Origin: a virus
Length of the DNA stretch: 64,000 nucleotides
Virus record (IMG/VR): IMGVR_UViG_3300008107_005910
Location: 1-64,000 of that record
Reading direction: 5' to 3' (one strand)
A model generated the notes under the pieces. It saw only the letters and a list, made by a program, of their open reading frames with translations. It was not told where the DNA came from and made no database searches. This document shows, piece after piece, positions 7,897-16,949 of this stretch (its first letter is position 1; every line of letters starts with the position of its first letter). The position numbers were made by a program, and so were the translations under genes.

Positions 7897-8402
7897 TGGC
7901 ATTCATTGACGCAATTAAAACTGCGTTGCCAGAATATGCAAAGGACACCAAGTTAAACTTAGACGCTGTCCTTTTGCGTAGCACATTGGATGCAGATGTG
8001 GCTATGGGTTGTGCTGTGGCCGCACTCGCCGCAACTGGTAACGGTAAGGTACTTGCTGTCATGTTAGCAGACGCACCTGTTCACTCAGAATCAGCAATGA
8101 CAGCCGCAAGTATTATGGCACAGAACAATGTATGGTATCCATATGTTGAGATGGCAGATGACGAACAGCTAAAAGGTTTACCAGCACAATTACGTATGAA
8201 TGCTATTGCAAGCCATGGCGGAACTACAAAAGCAAACTTTGAAGCATTTAGTTTGGCAGCTAGTATTGTTGGCAAGTGTCATTTCTGTGTTAAGGCACAC
8301 TATGACACACTCAAGAAGGAAGGCTACACAGTAGAACAACTTCGCGATATTGGACGTATTGCCAGTGTAATGAACTCAGTTGCCAAAGTTTTGAATAGTT
8401 AA
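7896..8402 (+). CDS. ahpD: alkyl hydroperoxide reductase D
   Basis: LAASIVGKCHFCVKAH CxxC motif; coupled to ahpC. Confidence 0.92.
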   Translation: MAFIDAIKTALPEYAKDTKLNLDAVLLRSTLDADVAMGCAVAALAATGNGKVLAVMLADAPVHSESAMTAASIMAQNNVWYPYVEMADDEQLKGLPAQLRMNAIASHGGTTKANFEAFSLAASIVGKCHFCVKAHYDTLKKEGYTVEQLRDIGRIASVMNSVAKVLNS

Positions 8403-8523
8403 TTCTGCGATAGTAGATTAATGATTTTCAGTATGTTTTTCGTGGTAGTTTTCATGTAATATAATGATACATACTAGTGCAATAAAAAGTATGTTTATTT
8501 TATATTAACAAAGGAGAATTACT

Positions 8524-8595
8524 ATGTGGACAAAGCCAGAAGCAACTGAAATGCGCTACGGTTTCGAAATCACAATGTATATCGCAAATCGATAA
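8524..8595 (+). CDS. pqqA: pyrroloquinoline quinone precursor peptide PqqA
   Basis: AAGGAG RBS; MWTKPEATEMRYGFEITMYIANR* with W-x-K-P and E-x-x-x-Y; own terminator. Confidence 0.92.
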   Translation: MWTKPEATEMRYGFEITMYIANR

Positions 8596-8598
8596 TAC

Positions 8599-8624
8599 AA
8601 ATGCCCCGCAAGGGGCATTTTTTT
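8599..8624 (+). terminator. intrinsic terminator after pqqA
   Basis: AAATGCCCC-GCAA-GGGGCATTT + T run. Confidence 0.85.
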
Positions 8625-8711
8625 GAGCAAATTTTCTGTCAACAAAAGTGTTAGCTAATGCGTTATATGTATAGCACATGAACAATGTGTATTTTAAAAA
8701 GGAAAATTAAA

Positions 8712-8912
8712 ATGAAATTAATCGCAACTCTAGTAGCATCTATGTTTGCAGTAACAGCTTTTGCGGCAGAACCAGCTAAGAAAGAAGAAAAGAAAGTTGA
8801 AGCCAAGCCAGCCGCAACTACACCATCTGCTCCAGCGTCCAAGCCAGCTGAAAAGAAGGCTGCTGACGCCACCAAAAGCGACGCCAAAAAAGCCGAGCCT
8901 GCTAAGAAGTAA
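8712..8912 (+). CDS. small secreted Lys/Ala/Pro-rich protein
   Basis: MKLIATLVASMFAVTAFA signal peptide, then low-complexity AEPAKK repeats. Confidence 0.75.
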   Translation: MKLIATLVASMFAVTAFAAEPAKKEEKKVEAKPAATTPSAPASKPAEKKAADATKSDAKKAEPAKK

Positions 8913-9108
8913 TCCTCATAGACTTGCTGTTCTAAATCTTGAAGATTGTGAAATTGAGTTCGTATTTGATGATGCGTTACATCGAGGATACAGTAGGCCA
9001 AGAATAGAAGAGCTAGATGAAGATGACGATCTTCCAGAATATATAAAATGGAGATTGTTTTTAGCTAGACAATTAGCATTATTGAAGTATAAAGAAAAGT
9101 GGGCTTAA
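8761..9108 (+). CDS. hypothetical protein (true start probably after 8912)
   Basis: C-terminal half is protein-like and ends at a terminator; 5' part overlaps the previous gene. Confidence 0.4.
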   Translation: MRQNQLRKKKRKLKPSQPQLHHLLQRPSQLKRRLLTPPKATPKKPSLLRSNPHRLAVLNLEDCEIEFVFDDALHRGYSRPRIEELDEDDDLPEYIKWRLFLARQLALLKYKEKWA

Positions 9109-9123
9109 TTGCCCACTTTTTTT
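9095..9123 (+). terminator. intrinsic terminator
   Basis: AAAAGTGGGC-TTAATT-GCCCACTTTT + T run. Confidence 0.8.
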
Positions 9124-9137
9124 GGTTAAATTTCTGA

Positions 9138-9166
9138 TTGACTTTTGATAAAACCTATGCTATAAT
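9138..9166 (+). promoter_or_regulatory. sigma70 promoter with extended -10
   Basis: TTGACT, 17 nt spacer, TG-C-TATAAT. Confidence 0.75.
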
Positions 9167-9188
9167 AATCACATATTAAGTTAAAAAG

Positions 9189-9617
9189 GTGCTCACAATG
9201 ACTGTGGAACAAGTTATCCAAAAAGAGCTTGATCATTTCAATATCAAAGCTGAAGTAATAACCAAACAGTTTAAATTTCACACTACCATTCCAGATAAGC
9301 ATAATGGTGTTTATATCATTTCAGAAAATGATAAAGTAGTATATGTTGGCAAGGGTTGGATTCGTGCTCGTCAAAAGAAGCACTGGGAAAAGGCTCTTCA
9401 TGAATTAAAACGCGGAACTAATGACACCAAAGGATGGGCGTGGTTGCGTGAAAATTATTCGGTGTATAACCTAAATCCAGAAAATTGGGTAGTACGTTAT
9501 ATGATCCTTCACAAGGAAACCGAACTAACTGCAATGGAGGGAGCATTGATCCACCTATTGCAACCGCTGGCAAATGATGAAACATTTGTTGATAACGCTC
9601 GTACTTTGAAAGGTTAA
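9189..9617 (+). CDS. GIY-YIG nuclease family protein
   Basis: GVYIIS...VYVGKG, R..H, E..LI..LQP..N. Confidence 0.75.
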   Translation: MLTMTVEQVIQKELDHFNIKAEVITKQFKFHTTIPDKHNGVYIISENDKVVYVGKGWIRARQKKHWEKALHELKRGTNDTKGWAWLRENYSVYNLNPENWVVRYMILHKETELTAMEGALIHLLQPLANDETFVDNARTLKG

Positions 9618-9619
9618 AA

Positions 9620-10831
9620 ATGAGCATTCAAAATTCTCTTCCTGGTTCTATTGTCAAGAAATTGACGCCTGCACAAGTTTGGAACGCACGATACAACACC
9701 AACGCCAGTGTGTTTGTTAGTGCTAAGAAACGTATTGATGAATATTGTAAGGCAGTCCCTGGTGCAATGACTGAACTGCAAAATGTTCTCAAAGATTTTA
9801 GGAAATTTAATCCTAATCTTACACGAGCTAACATGAAACTAGCCAAAGCTCATACTGCCAAACTTGGCGACATTCGCATTGACGATACAATGAATCGTCC
9901 TTTGGATTGGGAACATGTTTTAAACATCCTACGCAATTACTCTGCGACACGTGTTCTTGCTATTAATGTATATGAAGATCCTGAATTGCCTGGCTGTTTG
10001 ATTGCTTGGGACGGCCAACACACTATGATTGTGTTGTATATTATCTACACAATGGTGTTTGAAGCATCAGCCAGCGATGTTGATGTGCCTGTTGTTATCA
10101 GTCCTACTAATGATAAAGCAGAAATTCGAGAAAATTTTATTATCCTAAACACTAGCGAAAGCAAGGGTGGCGGTAAGAAAGACCTAGACCCATTGGACTT
10201 GTTTAGTCAAAAGGTTTTTGGTGTGCGTATGGATAATTCCAACAAACTGGATTGGTTGGCGGCTGAACGTAAGCAACGTCTGCTTGAAAGTGCAGACTTG
10301 TTCTTAACCAGTTCTGCATATCAGAATACCACTGATGATGGGGCTATTACTCATGTTAGTAACATCATTGATGAAGCTGAGCCAATTGTAGAACAGTTCT
10401 GCAAATATTGGAATCAACGCAAGACTTACGAAGTGCGTCATGTTGAAACTAAAGAAATCATCATGCTATGTGAATTCTTCCGTGCTTGTGCAGATGACCC
10501 CAGTGTCGTAGTTGATGACAAATTTATTGCAGACGTAACTAAAATCTTTTGGAATTCTTTTGAATGCGAGTTTACTGGTCAAAAAGGTCTTAACATTTTT
10601 TGGCGCAAACTTGATGGTGCATATCAAAATTGGTATGACGCTGTTTATAAAGAGCCAGAAATTGGACAAGATGATCTGCGTCCCACACGTTATATCATGA
10701 CCAATAACGGTAAATGGCAGAACACTTATGGTGTAACTTTCTTGATATTTTTGCTTAAGAAAAATGGCTTTAAGCAAACATTGCCTAAGCCACCTACTGA
10801 GTTTAAGCCTGCCAAAGCAGACCTTTGGTAA
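9620..10831 (+). CDS. ParB/DGQH-motif family protein
   Basis: RIDDTMNR...AWDGQHT, resembling ParB-like/DGQHR N-terminal domains. Confidence 0.55.
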   Translation: MSIQNSLPGSIVKKLTPAQVWNARYNTNASVFVSAKKRIDEYCKAVPGAMTELQNVLKDFRKFNPNLTRANMKLAKAHTAKLGDIRIDDTMNRPLDWEHVLNILRNYSATRVLAINVYEDPELPGCLIAWDGQHTMIVLYIIYTMVFEASASDVDVPVVISPTNDKAEIRENFIILNTSESKGGGKKDLDPLDLFSQKVFGVRMDNSNKLDWLAAERKQRLLESADLFLTSSAYQNTTDDGAITHVSNIIDEAEPIVEQFCKYWNQRKTYEVRHVETKEIIMLCEFFRACADDPSVVVDDKFIADVTKIFWNSFECEFTGQKGLNIFWRKLDGAYQNWYDAVYKEPEIGQDDLRPTRYIMTNNGKWQNTYGVTFLIFLLKKNGFKQTLPKPPTEFKPAKADLW

Positions 10832-11092
10832 TTAACCTGCTGTAACGTCTGTGGATGCGTTAGCAATAGCGTGTCCACAGCTTGCAACATCACCTAGTCT
10901 TGCAACTGGTATTCCTTCAGCAGTAACAGAGTTTGATCCGTTTGTTATAACATTTCCAGAGTGTGGTGATTTTCCATGAGGAGCAACTACACTGCCCAAT
11001 TGGGCTAGAGGAATTCCATTAGCTGTAACTGTACTAGCACCATTTATAATTGTGCCACCTGCTACATCTCCAATCCTGGCTACAAATGGCAT
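10832..11092 (-). CDS. PAAR-repeat spike tip protein
   Basis: VARIGD, PLAQLG, PVARLGD..SCGH. Confidence 0.9.
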   Translation of the reverse strand: MPFVARIGDVAGGTIINGASTVTANGIPLAQLGSVVAPHGKSPHSGNVITNGSNSVTAEGIPVARLGDVASCGHAIANASTDVTAG

Positions 11093-11395
11093 TTAAATTC
11101 CAGGTGGAGTTGGAGGAATTGGGAACTGGTCTTCTGCACCTGCTAAAGTGTTTCTTCTTTCCAAAACTGCTTTATTGACAGAATAATTATTTCCCGCAGT
11201 TAAACTCTTAACACCTACAGCCGTCCCCCTATTTGCTTTGAGTAATTGTAAATTGATAGCCTGAATTTGTAATGTAATGTTACCCAAAGCAGTGGCAACT
11301 GAACCTGCTTTTAATGCAACACTTGACATGGAAGTTACAAGCGTTTGTAACTCTACACTATTATCTGGACCAGTTGCAGGTGCTATTGATATCAT
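11093..11395 (-). CDS. hypothetical (probable virion) protein
   Basis: Coupled with PAAR gene; Pro-rich tail. Confidence 0.6.
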   Translation of the reverse strand: MISIAPATGPDNSVELQTLVTSMSSVALKAGSVATALGNITLQIQAINLQLLKANRGTAVGVKSLTAGNNYSVNKAVLERRNTLAGAEDQFPIPPTPPGI

Positions 11396-11739
11396 GATGT
11401 TGACTCCGGTGTAACTGGTATTGGAGGAACATTGGAAGCCAATGCAGTAGTTACTAAAGTTGTATTAGCAACATCTTCTGGACTAACTGTCCTAAAATCA
11501 CCAGTAGGACTTTGTACTGCTAGAAGAAAATTTTGTATTTTAACCAATTCAGCACTGATTAGAGTTAATTCAGCACTCATAGCGGTTAGGGCCGTTGCCA
11601 GTAATTTGATCTCAGCATCAAGTAGGCCAAGTTCTGCTTTATAATCGTATAAAGTCAAAGTCGCAGTACCTGGAACACCTGTTGCTTGTCCTGTAACTGA
11701 CGCGATTGCTTGGAAGGTAATGACTGCTGGCAAACTCAT
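11392..11739 (-). CDS. hypothetical (probable virion) protein
   Basis: AGGAG RBS, TAAATA motif upstream. Confidence 0.65.
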   Translation of the reverse strand: MSLPAVITFQAIASVTGQATGVPGTATLTLYDYKAELGLLDAEIKLLATALTAMSAELTLISAELVKIQNFLLAVQSPTGDFRTVSPEDVANTTLVTTALASNVPPIPVTPESTS

Positions 11740-11760
11740 AAATTCTCCTATGTAGAGTAT

Positions 11761-12057
11761 TTATACTACTTTAATTCCAGTGGTTCCTTGTATGTATTGA
11801 TCAGAAGCGTTTTTCATAGTAGGAGTAGTAGCCAAAACTCTACGCTTTTCGATCTCAATAGTTGCTTCTGCTTCTGAAGTGATTAACCAAGGAGTTAATC
11901 CCACTCCTTGAGCACTATAGCTCAAAGTCATTGGGCGTTCCAATTTATATAATGTATCTGTTTCCTCAACTAGCTTCGCAATAACTTCTTCAGCGGTTTC
12001 TAGTTTAAATGTAATAATATCCCCTGGTCTAGAGGGTTTTTTAATTAAAAATGTCAT
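11761..12057 (-). CDS. hypothetical phage protein (possible Sm-like fold)
   Basis: GDIITFKL...EEVIAK...Y..TTGI pattern; fold is inference. Confidence 0.6.
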   Translation of the reverse strand: MTFLIKKPSRPGDIITFKLETAEEVIAKLVEETDTLYKLERPMTLSYSAQGVGLTPWLITSEAEATIEIEKRRVLATTPTMKNASDQYIQGTTGIKVV

Positions 12058-12550
12058 CTTTTTCCCATATTTCGTATGTAGTTAAAATGTCGTTGTCTAG
12101 TATATCATCTTCAATGTAATCTAGTACAAATCGACGTGTTAAGACAGCTTCTGGGAATTTGGTGTCACAGTTGAAATCACCATCAATACGTGTGATGTAC
12201 ACACTATGGCAAAAAGGTAAGAATTGACGGTAAATGTCTGCTCCGCCTATTATCCAAATATCCTTGTCAGTCTGTTGCTTTAACTTATTAATTATCGTTT
12301 TTGGATCACCAGATAGTACAATAACGGAATCGTCATCCAGTGTTCTACTAACAACAACGTTATCTCTTCCTGGTAGTGGTCTTTTTGGTAAACTTAACCA
12401 AGTATTTTTACCCATAACTATCAAACTTCCGTCTGTTAGTTTTTTAAAACGTTTTAGATCTTCTGATAAAGTTGGCCAAGGCATTGTACCATCCTTGCCT
12501 ATGCCCCAGTGTTCGTCCACTGCTACTATTGCGTTGATTCGTCGTGTCAT
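12041..12550 (-). CDS. folA: dihydrofolate reductase
   Basis: AIVAVD..GIG.DG.MPW, VMGKNTW.SLP.RPLPGR, WIIGGA.IY, CDTKFP. Confidence 0.95.
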   Translation of the reverse strand: MTRRINAIVAVDEHWGIGKDGTMPWPTLSEDLKRFKKLTDGSLIVMGKNTWLSLPKRPLPGRDNVVVSRTLDDDSVIVLSGDPKTIINKLKQQTDKDIWIIGGADIYRQFLPFCHSVYITRIDGDFNCDTKFPEAVLTRRFVLDYIEDDILDNDILTTYEIWEKDDIFN

Positions 12551-12903
12551 TTGAGAGTGCCTTCTTCACCCCATTTTAATAGAAAGAAAGAATAATCCTT
12601 TGCTTTTAATTTTGCTGTGATAGCAAATGCGTGTCCATAACTAAACTGATCTATATGCCTATGCCACATAGGAGTCTCCATAGCATGAGACATTACCCAC
12701 TGTCCTTGTTCACTATTTTGCCATTCTAATAAAGGCTCTGCGGCATACAGTTCAGGATCTTCTACATCACCCATGTTAAATTTATGTACAATTACATTAT
12801 GTATTTCGTGTACTCTGTCTTCAATTACCATATATTTTTGAATTTTCTTTTTGGGAGCAAAGCCCAAATATCCTTCATAGTAATTATCCACTATTGACCC
12901 CAT
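12547..12903 (-). CDS. hypothetical protein, F-x-L-x-W family
   Basis: GDVEDP..YAA.P motif; ends FFLLKW. Confidence 0.7.
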   Translation of the reverse strand: MGSIVDNYYEGYLGFAPKKKIQKYMVIEDRVHEIHNVIVHKFNMGDVEDPELYAAEPLLEWQNSEQGQWVMSHAMETPMWHRHIDQFSYGHAFAITAKLKAKDYSFFLLKWGEEGTLK

Positions 12904-13079
12904 GTCATTAAAAAGAAAAAATGATCTCTTTCATTTTCAAAGTAAATGGTTTGTCCGCCGATTGTTCCTTTTATAAACCAACGTCCTTCACCAATTTTTT
13001 CATCGAGCCATTTTATAACATGTTCTGGTATAGAATAGTTTTCTACCTGTACTCCATGATATTCTTTATCTGCTATCAT
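12891..13079 (-). CDS. hypothetical protein, F-x-L-x-W family
   Basis: FENERDHFFFLMTW. Confidence 0.7.
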   Translation of the reverse strand: MIADKEYHGVQVENYSIPEHVIKWLDEKIGEGRWFIKGTIGGQTIYFENERDHFFFLMTWGQ

Positions 13080-13082
13080 TTA

Positions 13083-13409
13083 TTAATAACCATGTCCTAG
13101 AATTTCATCGTCTGCTCGTATTATCTCAAATATGTCAGCATACTGTACAATTGGTTCCATATGAAACCCTGTGCCCCAAACAGCCCAAACTTTTCTTTTA
13201 TAAATTTTTCGCCACCAAGCATAATTTCCGGTAACCGTTTTAACAGGAATCCAAGCAAATATTTCATGCCATGGATAACAGTCACAACCATTTGTAATAA
13301 TACTGGTAATTTTCATAGGACTCCATGTATCTGGGCTAAATTTTTCTACACCGTTAAGACTCATATTCCAACCTATACTTCTTCCCCACACTATTTTAAT
13401 CATCGCCAA
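13083..13409 (-). CDS. hypothetical Trp-rich protein
   Basis: FAWIPVKT.TG..AW motif, similar to 18482..18727. Confidence 0.6.
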   Translation of the reverse strand: MAMIKIVWGRSIGWNMSLNGVEKFSPDTWSPMKITSIITNGCDCYPWHEIFAWIPVKTVTGNYAWWRKIYKRKVWAVWGTGFHMEPIVQYADIFEIIRADDEILGHGY

Positions 13410-13666
13410 TACTTTATTTGAAATAGTAAGAATTTTTTACTATCTGTTACTGTATAGTTGGCAGTATAATTGCCATCTGTATCAGTCTCCATGAGAAATC
13501 CATACTTTTTCTCTGCCCAATGATGTATGCTAAGTCTTACAGTTAAGTCATGTATACCCTTAAATTCTTCCATATATTCTGGACGCATGGCATGTATTGA
13601 CTGCCAATATTGATTTCGTTTATCAATAAATGATTGATTTAAATACTCTTCATTAGTCATGACCAT
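13400..13666 (-). CDS. hypothetical protein, F-x-L-x-W-like family
   Basis: ends DSKKFLLFQIKYWR. Confidence 0.65.
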   Translation of the reverse strand: MVMTNEEYLNQSFIDKRNQYWQSIHAMRPEYMEEFKGIHDLTVRLSIHHWAEKKYGFLMETDTDGNYTANYTVTDSKKFLLFQIKYWR

Positions 13667-13917
13667 CTTAGTGCAAATAGCACTGCATCTTGTGATTTTT
13701 CAAACAGCCAAATATGTTCGTGAGCTCTATAATGTCCTGTTAAATTTTGTTCACGCCATTTGTGTAGTTCTACACCAGATACAGGTAAAAACTTATTTGG
13801 TAGTTCAATTCTTGTCCATCCTATCTCGACTAATAGATCAAATAAAATTTCTCTATCAATCTCTTCTTTTATTTGTCTACCTAAATCTTCAGCAATAGTA
13901 TCTTCTATGTAATCCAT
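13657..13917 (-). CDS. hypothetical protein, F-x-L-x-W family
   Basis: FEKSQDAVLFALRWS. Confidence 0.7.
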   Translation of the reverse strand: MDYIEDTIAEDLGRQIKEEIDREILFDLLVEIGWTRIELPNKFLPVSGVELHKWREQNLTGHYRAHEHIWLFEKSQDAVLFALRWS

Positions 13918-13918
13918 A

Positions 13919-14254
13919 TCATCTCCAACGCATTAGGAACCAAGTTCTATCTTTATCATTACGAAACCAAAAACGTCGATTGTTTTTATACCAACGCTGA
14001 TCTGGCTCTGGAGCTGTTTTTTCCTCCCACATAGGAGAACCAGCTGACCCAAACGTATCTAAACACCATTGTTCCATTTCTTTCCAATTACCACCAATAG
14101 GTTCTACGCAGTAATATCTACTACCGTAGACTTTGCCTTCACTAAGTATTAACTCTTCTATTGGACGGTTACACAAATCATCCATTAGCCGTTTGATAGC
14201 TTGATTAGTCCAATAACTTTTCCCTGCACCCCGTCCTGATAATATAACTTTCAT
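13919..14254 (-). CDS. hypothetical protein, F-x-L-x-W family
   Basis: WCLDTFG...FRNDKDRTWFLMRWR. Confidence 0.7.
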   Translation of the reverse strand: MKVILSGRGAGKSYWTNQAIKRLMDDLCNRPIEELILSEGKVYGSRYYCVEPIGGNWKEMEQWCLDTFGSAGSPMWEEKTAPEPDQRWYKNNRRFWFRNDKDRTWFLMRWR

Positions 14255-14541
14255 TAACAGTCCTCATTGTCCAATGTATCATACAGTTTAGTATGGTATT
14301 TGAGCAAAAACATAGTTTTAAATTTTTCGTCGTAGAAATCTAAATGTATAAGAGTTTTGTACCTAACCATTCCAGGTTCCCATGCAGTATGTTCTCTTGT
14401 GGTAAATCCTAATTTTCTACGCATTTTTTCTCTTATCATATAGATACTAGGTGGATGATCTCTTTTAATATTTTCTAAGATTTCATTCCATTCTTTTTTA
14501 GTATAGATAAGGGGTTTCATACTATATTGTAGCAAAAACAA
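14254..14541 (-). CDS. hypothetical protein, F-x-L-x-W-like family
   Basis: FYDEKFKTMFLLKY; start may be MKPLIY. Confidence 0.65.
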   Translation of the reverse strand: MFLLQYSMKPLIYTKKEWNEILENIKRDHPPSIYMIREKMRRKLGFTTREHTAWEPGMVRYKTLIHLDFYDEKFKTMFLLKYHTKLYDTLDNEDC

Positions 14542-14550
14542 AAAGTTAAA

Positions 14551-14757
14551 TCAAGAACTCCAACGCAATAAAAATAATGTGATTTGTTCAGGATTTACAA
14601 AGCGAAACATATCCCAACTTGTTCGTACTCCGCAATTATTGGCATTGCACCAATTTTGTATTTCAGTGATGACTTCATCTTTATAAGTTCCTCCGTCAAC
14701 GATTCGCAATGTCAACGGTTTAACTTTTTCAAATTTCAAGTCCGTTGTCTTTGGCAT
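14551..14757 (-). CDS. hypothetical protein, F-x-L-x-W family
   Basis: Start moved to MPKTT; WC...FVNPEQITLFLLRWSS. Confidence 0.65.
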   Translation of the reverse strand: MPKTTDLKFEKVKPLTLRIVDGGTYKDEVITEIQNWCNANNCGVRTSWDMFRFVNPEQITLFLLRWSS

Positions 14758-15160
14758 ATTGTGTAGCACGTTCTTCTTCATGTTTGTCACACAAAGTACG
14801 TATCCATCCTCTGCCTTGTCGAGTTCCAGGAGAGCCACAACTTTCGCAAGTTACACCACTCATAGATTCTGCCATTGCAATTAGACCATGAATATAATCG
14901 TCACCGCCAGAGATATAAAAACGAAGTGTTCCAAACTTTTCTTTAACTTGTTTGACTACGACTTGTGTGATAACTTCTTCGTTTTTATTTTTCCAATCAA
15001 TATGACTTTGAATATTAGCACATAAATTATCAATTATATTAAACCAACCATCCCCACAGGTGAAACCCCAACACATTGCAGTTTGAGACATTGGCAAGTC
15101 TCTTTCAAAAAACAGCTTTGGATACTTTTTACACAATAGTTCATCAAGCTCTTTTTTCAT
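14729..15160 (-). CDS. hypothetical phage protein with C-terminal zinc ribbon
   Basis: CGDGW, QVKEKFGTLRFY, TCESCG...TLC. Confidence 0.75.
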   Translation of the reverse strand: MKKELDELLCKKYPKLFFERDLPMSQTAMCWGFTCGDGWFNIIDNLCANIQSHIDWKNKNEEVITQVVVKQVKEKFGTLRFYISGGDDYIHGLIAMAESMSGVTCESCGSPGTRQGRGWIRTLCDKHEEERATQYAKDNGLEI

Positions 15161-15668
15161 GTTTCTTTTTTCCGTAATATCTTTTTGGTTTTTCAGATAA
15201 TGTATTCACTCTATACATTTCTTTGTTCTGCCGTATGGATCTTTCAATTGCGGCATTAACTTCTTCTGGGGTTGGGTCGTAAATGTCTAATACTTCAGTA
15301 ATCTCTGTTTTAGTTTCTTCAATGTCTACTATTGTATTTTCTGGTAAAAATTGAACTTTTTCAATTTGAGATTCTGGTGGAATTTTTATACCAACTTTTC
15401 CTAAAAACTTTTTAGTTGCAATTTCTTGTCTAATTGATCTGTATGCACCAATAGGTCCTTTAGGATCTTGGCTTATCTGTTCCCATGTTCTAACTTCTAA
15501 TAGAGGTTCAATTTCTGTTGGTATCTCAATAATATAAAATTCTATATCTTTGCTATATCCAGCGTGAGCCAAATCAAAAATATCAATTACCTTACCTTTA
15601 GACAATCTATCACCACCAAGATGTATCCACGCATCTTCATTTAATTCATATTGTTTTTTTATTTTCAT
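15144..15668 (-). CDS. hypothetical protein
   Basis: Start moved to MKIKKQ; LEVRTWEQIS motif. Confidence 0.65.
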   Translation of the reverse strand: MKIKKQYELNEDAWIHLGGDRLSKGKVIDIFDLAHAGYSKDIEFYIIEIPTEIEPLLEVRTWEQISQDPKGPIGAYRSIRQEIATKKFLGKVGIKIPPESQIEKVQFLPENTIVDIEETKTEITEVLDIYDPTPEEVNAAIERSIRQNKEMYRVNTLSEKPKRYYGKKKHEKRA

Positions 15669-15679
15669 ATCTCTCAGCA

Positions 15680-16048
15680 CTATATTGCTAGTGCTATTAA
15701 TCCTATATATGTTAAGTAGTGCATCAACTGATCTATTCCTAACCAAAACCAAAATGGTTCATCAGATGGTGTTAGGTTTCTGTTCTTGTTGATGTTCATT
15801 TTGGCCCAATCAATGTGATAGTGGACCACCCCGTCAATAAATGCCATCAATAACACTGATATAACGTCAGTAAAGACGGCATAAAAAACTAGACCAGTTA
15901 AAACAGCATGAACAAGAGAATGATATATACCCCACTTGGCTCCATAATTCCCTTTTTCCATTACCATGTTATTGGTCTGAAAAACAAAATCAGCTAGAAA
16001 ATGTTTTAATACTAGAAGAGTAAAAAGAGTTAGAATTGTAGATTCCAT
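15680..16048 (-). CDS. DUF3307-like membrane protein
   Basis: HFLADFVFQ, HSLVH, HYHIDW, DQLMH. Confidence 0.8.
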   Translation of the reverse strand: MESTILTLFTLLVLKHFLADFVFQTNNMVMEKGNYGAKWGIYHSLVHAVLTGLVFYAVFTDVISVLLMAFIDGVVHYHIDWAKMNINKNRNLTPSDEPFWFWLGIDQLMHYLTYIGLIALAI

Positions 16049-16096
16049 AGAAGCCCCTGGGTTATGCCGTAATTTTACAACAATGTCAAGTCAAAG

Positions 16097-16492
16097 TCAA
16101 CCTGGAAGCTCACCAGATTTTGCCAATTTAAGCATTAAGCTATAATGCTCGTAGGCTTTTTTGACTGCGGGGTATTTTTCCTTAAGATACTGCTCTTCTT
16201 CTTTTTGTTGCATCAAAGTTTCAAACATATTGTAATGACCCTTCTCTGCCATATTATTAAACACCTGCTGTTCAAATTTAGCAATTCTGTCTAATTCACT
16301 TTCAGCAATTTCCACTGTGTATAATGGTTCAGTTTCAAAAGTCATCCTATCAGATAGAAATTTATTGTAATCATTTGAAAAAGCAAACATTTCTATATTT
16401 GCTTTACTTAAACGATGAGCACGTTTATTGGTGTCAATAACTTTAACACCGTGCCTACCAATAAAATCCCTTACTTCTTTACTTGGATTCAT
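16097..16492 (-). CDS. hypothetical protein
   Basis: Start moved to MNPSK; C-terminal PAVKKAYEHY..MLKL. Confidence 0.7.
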   Translation of the reverse strand: MNPSKEVRDFIGRHGVKVIDTNKRAHRLSKANIEMFAFSNDYNKFLSDRMTFETEPLYTVEIAESELDRIAKFEQQVFNNMAEKGHYNMFETLMQQKEEEQYLKEKYPAVKKAYEHYSLMLKLAKSGELPG

Positions 16493-16949
16493 CTTCGTCT
16501 TTTCTTTCTTCACACAATGCTTCTAACATCTTATAATGCTTGTATGCTTTTTGTAATGCTTCATATTGTTCTAATTTTTTAGGATCTGGAACAAGTATTG
16601 CTAATCTACGTTCTAATGTTTCCATCCACTCACTTAAATCTTTGCCTTTAACTTTGATGTTGCCTTTAAATTCAGCATCACCTTCAACGCTAATACCTGG
16701 ATTGGTTGTTGTAGTAATATATGGAGTTGTGCTCCAAGTACCGTTAGAAATAGTGTAACTAGAACCTGATGTTGTACTTACTGGTAGTGAATATGTGTTG
16801 TAAGTTGAATTATAAGTTGACATGTCAATTGTACCAATTGAATCCCAACCTGTATTTAATGTTATTGTATCAACACTAGATCCGCCACTAATATGATCAC
16901 TGCCTAAATCAATTGTTATATCTTTTATATCAAGATCTTTATCATCCAT
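16479..16949 (-). CDS. hypothetical protein
   Basis: Ser/Thr-rich middle; C-terminal LQKAYKHYKMLEAL similar to the neighbour. Confidence 0.7.
   Translation of the reverse strand: MDDKDLDIKDITIDLGSDHISGGSSVDTITLNTGWDSIGTIDMSTYNSTYNTYSLPVSTTSGSSYTISNGTWSTTPYITTTTNPGISVEGDAEFKGNIKVKGKDLSEWMETLERRLAILVPDPKKLEQYEALQKAYKHYKMLEALCEERKDEDESK

Noticed and set aside
8500-8685. 61-aa - strand ORF
   Set aside because: Antisense to pqqA and its terminator
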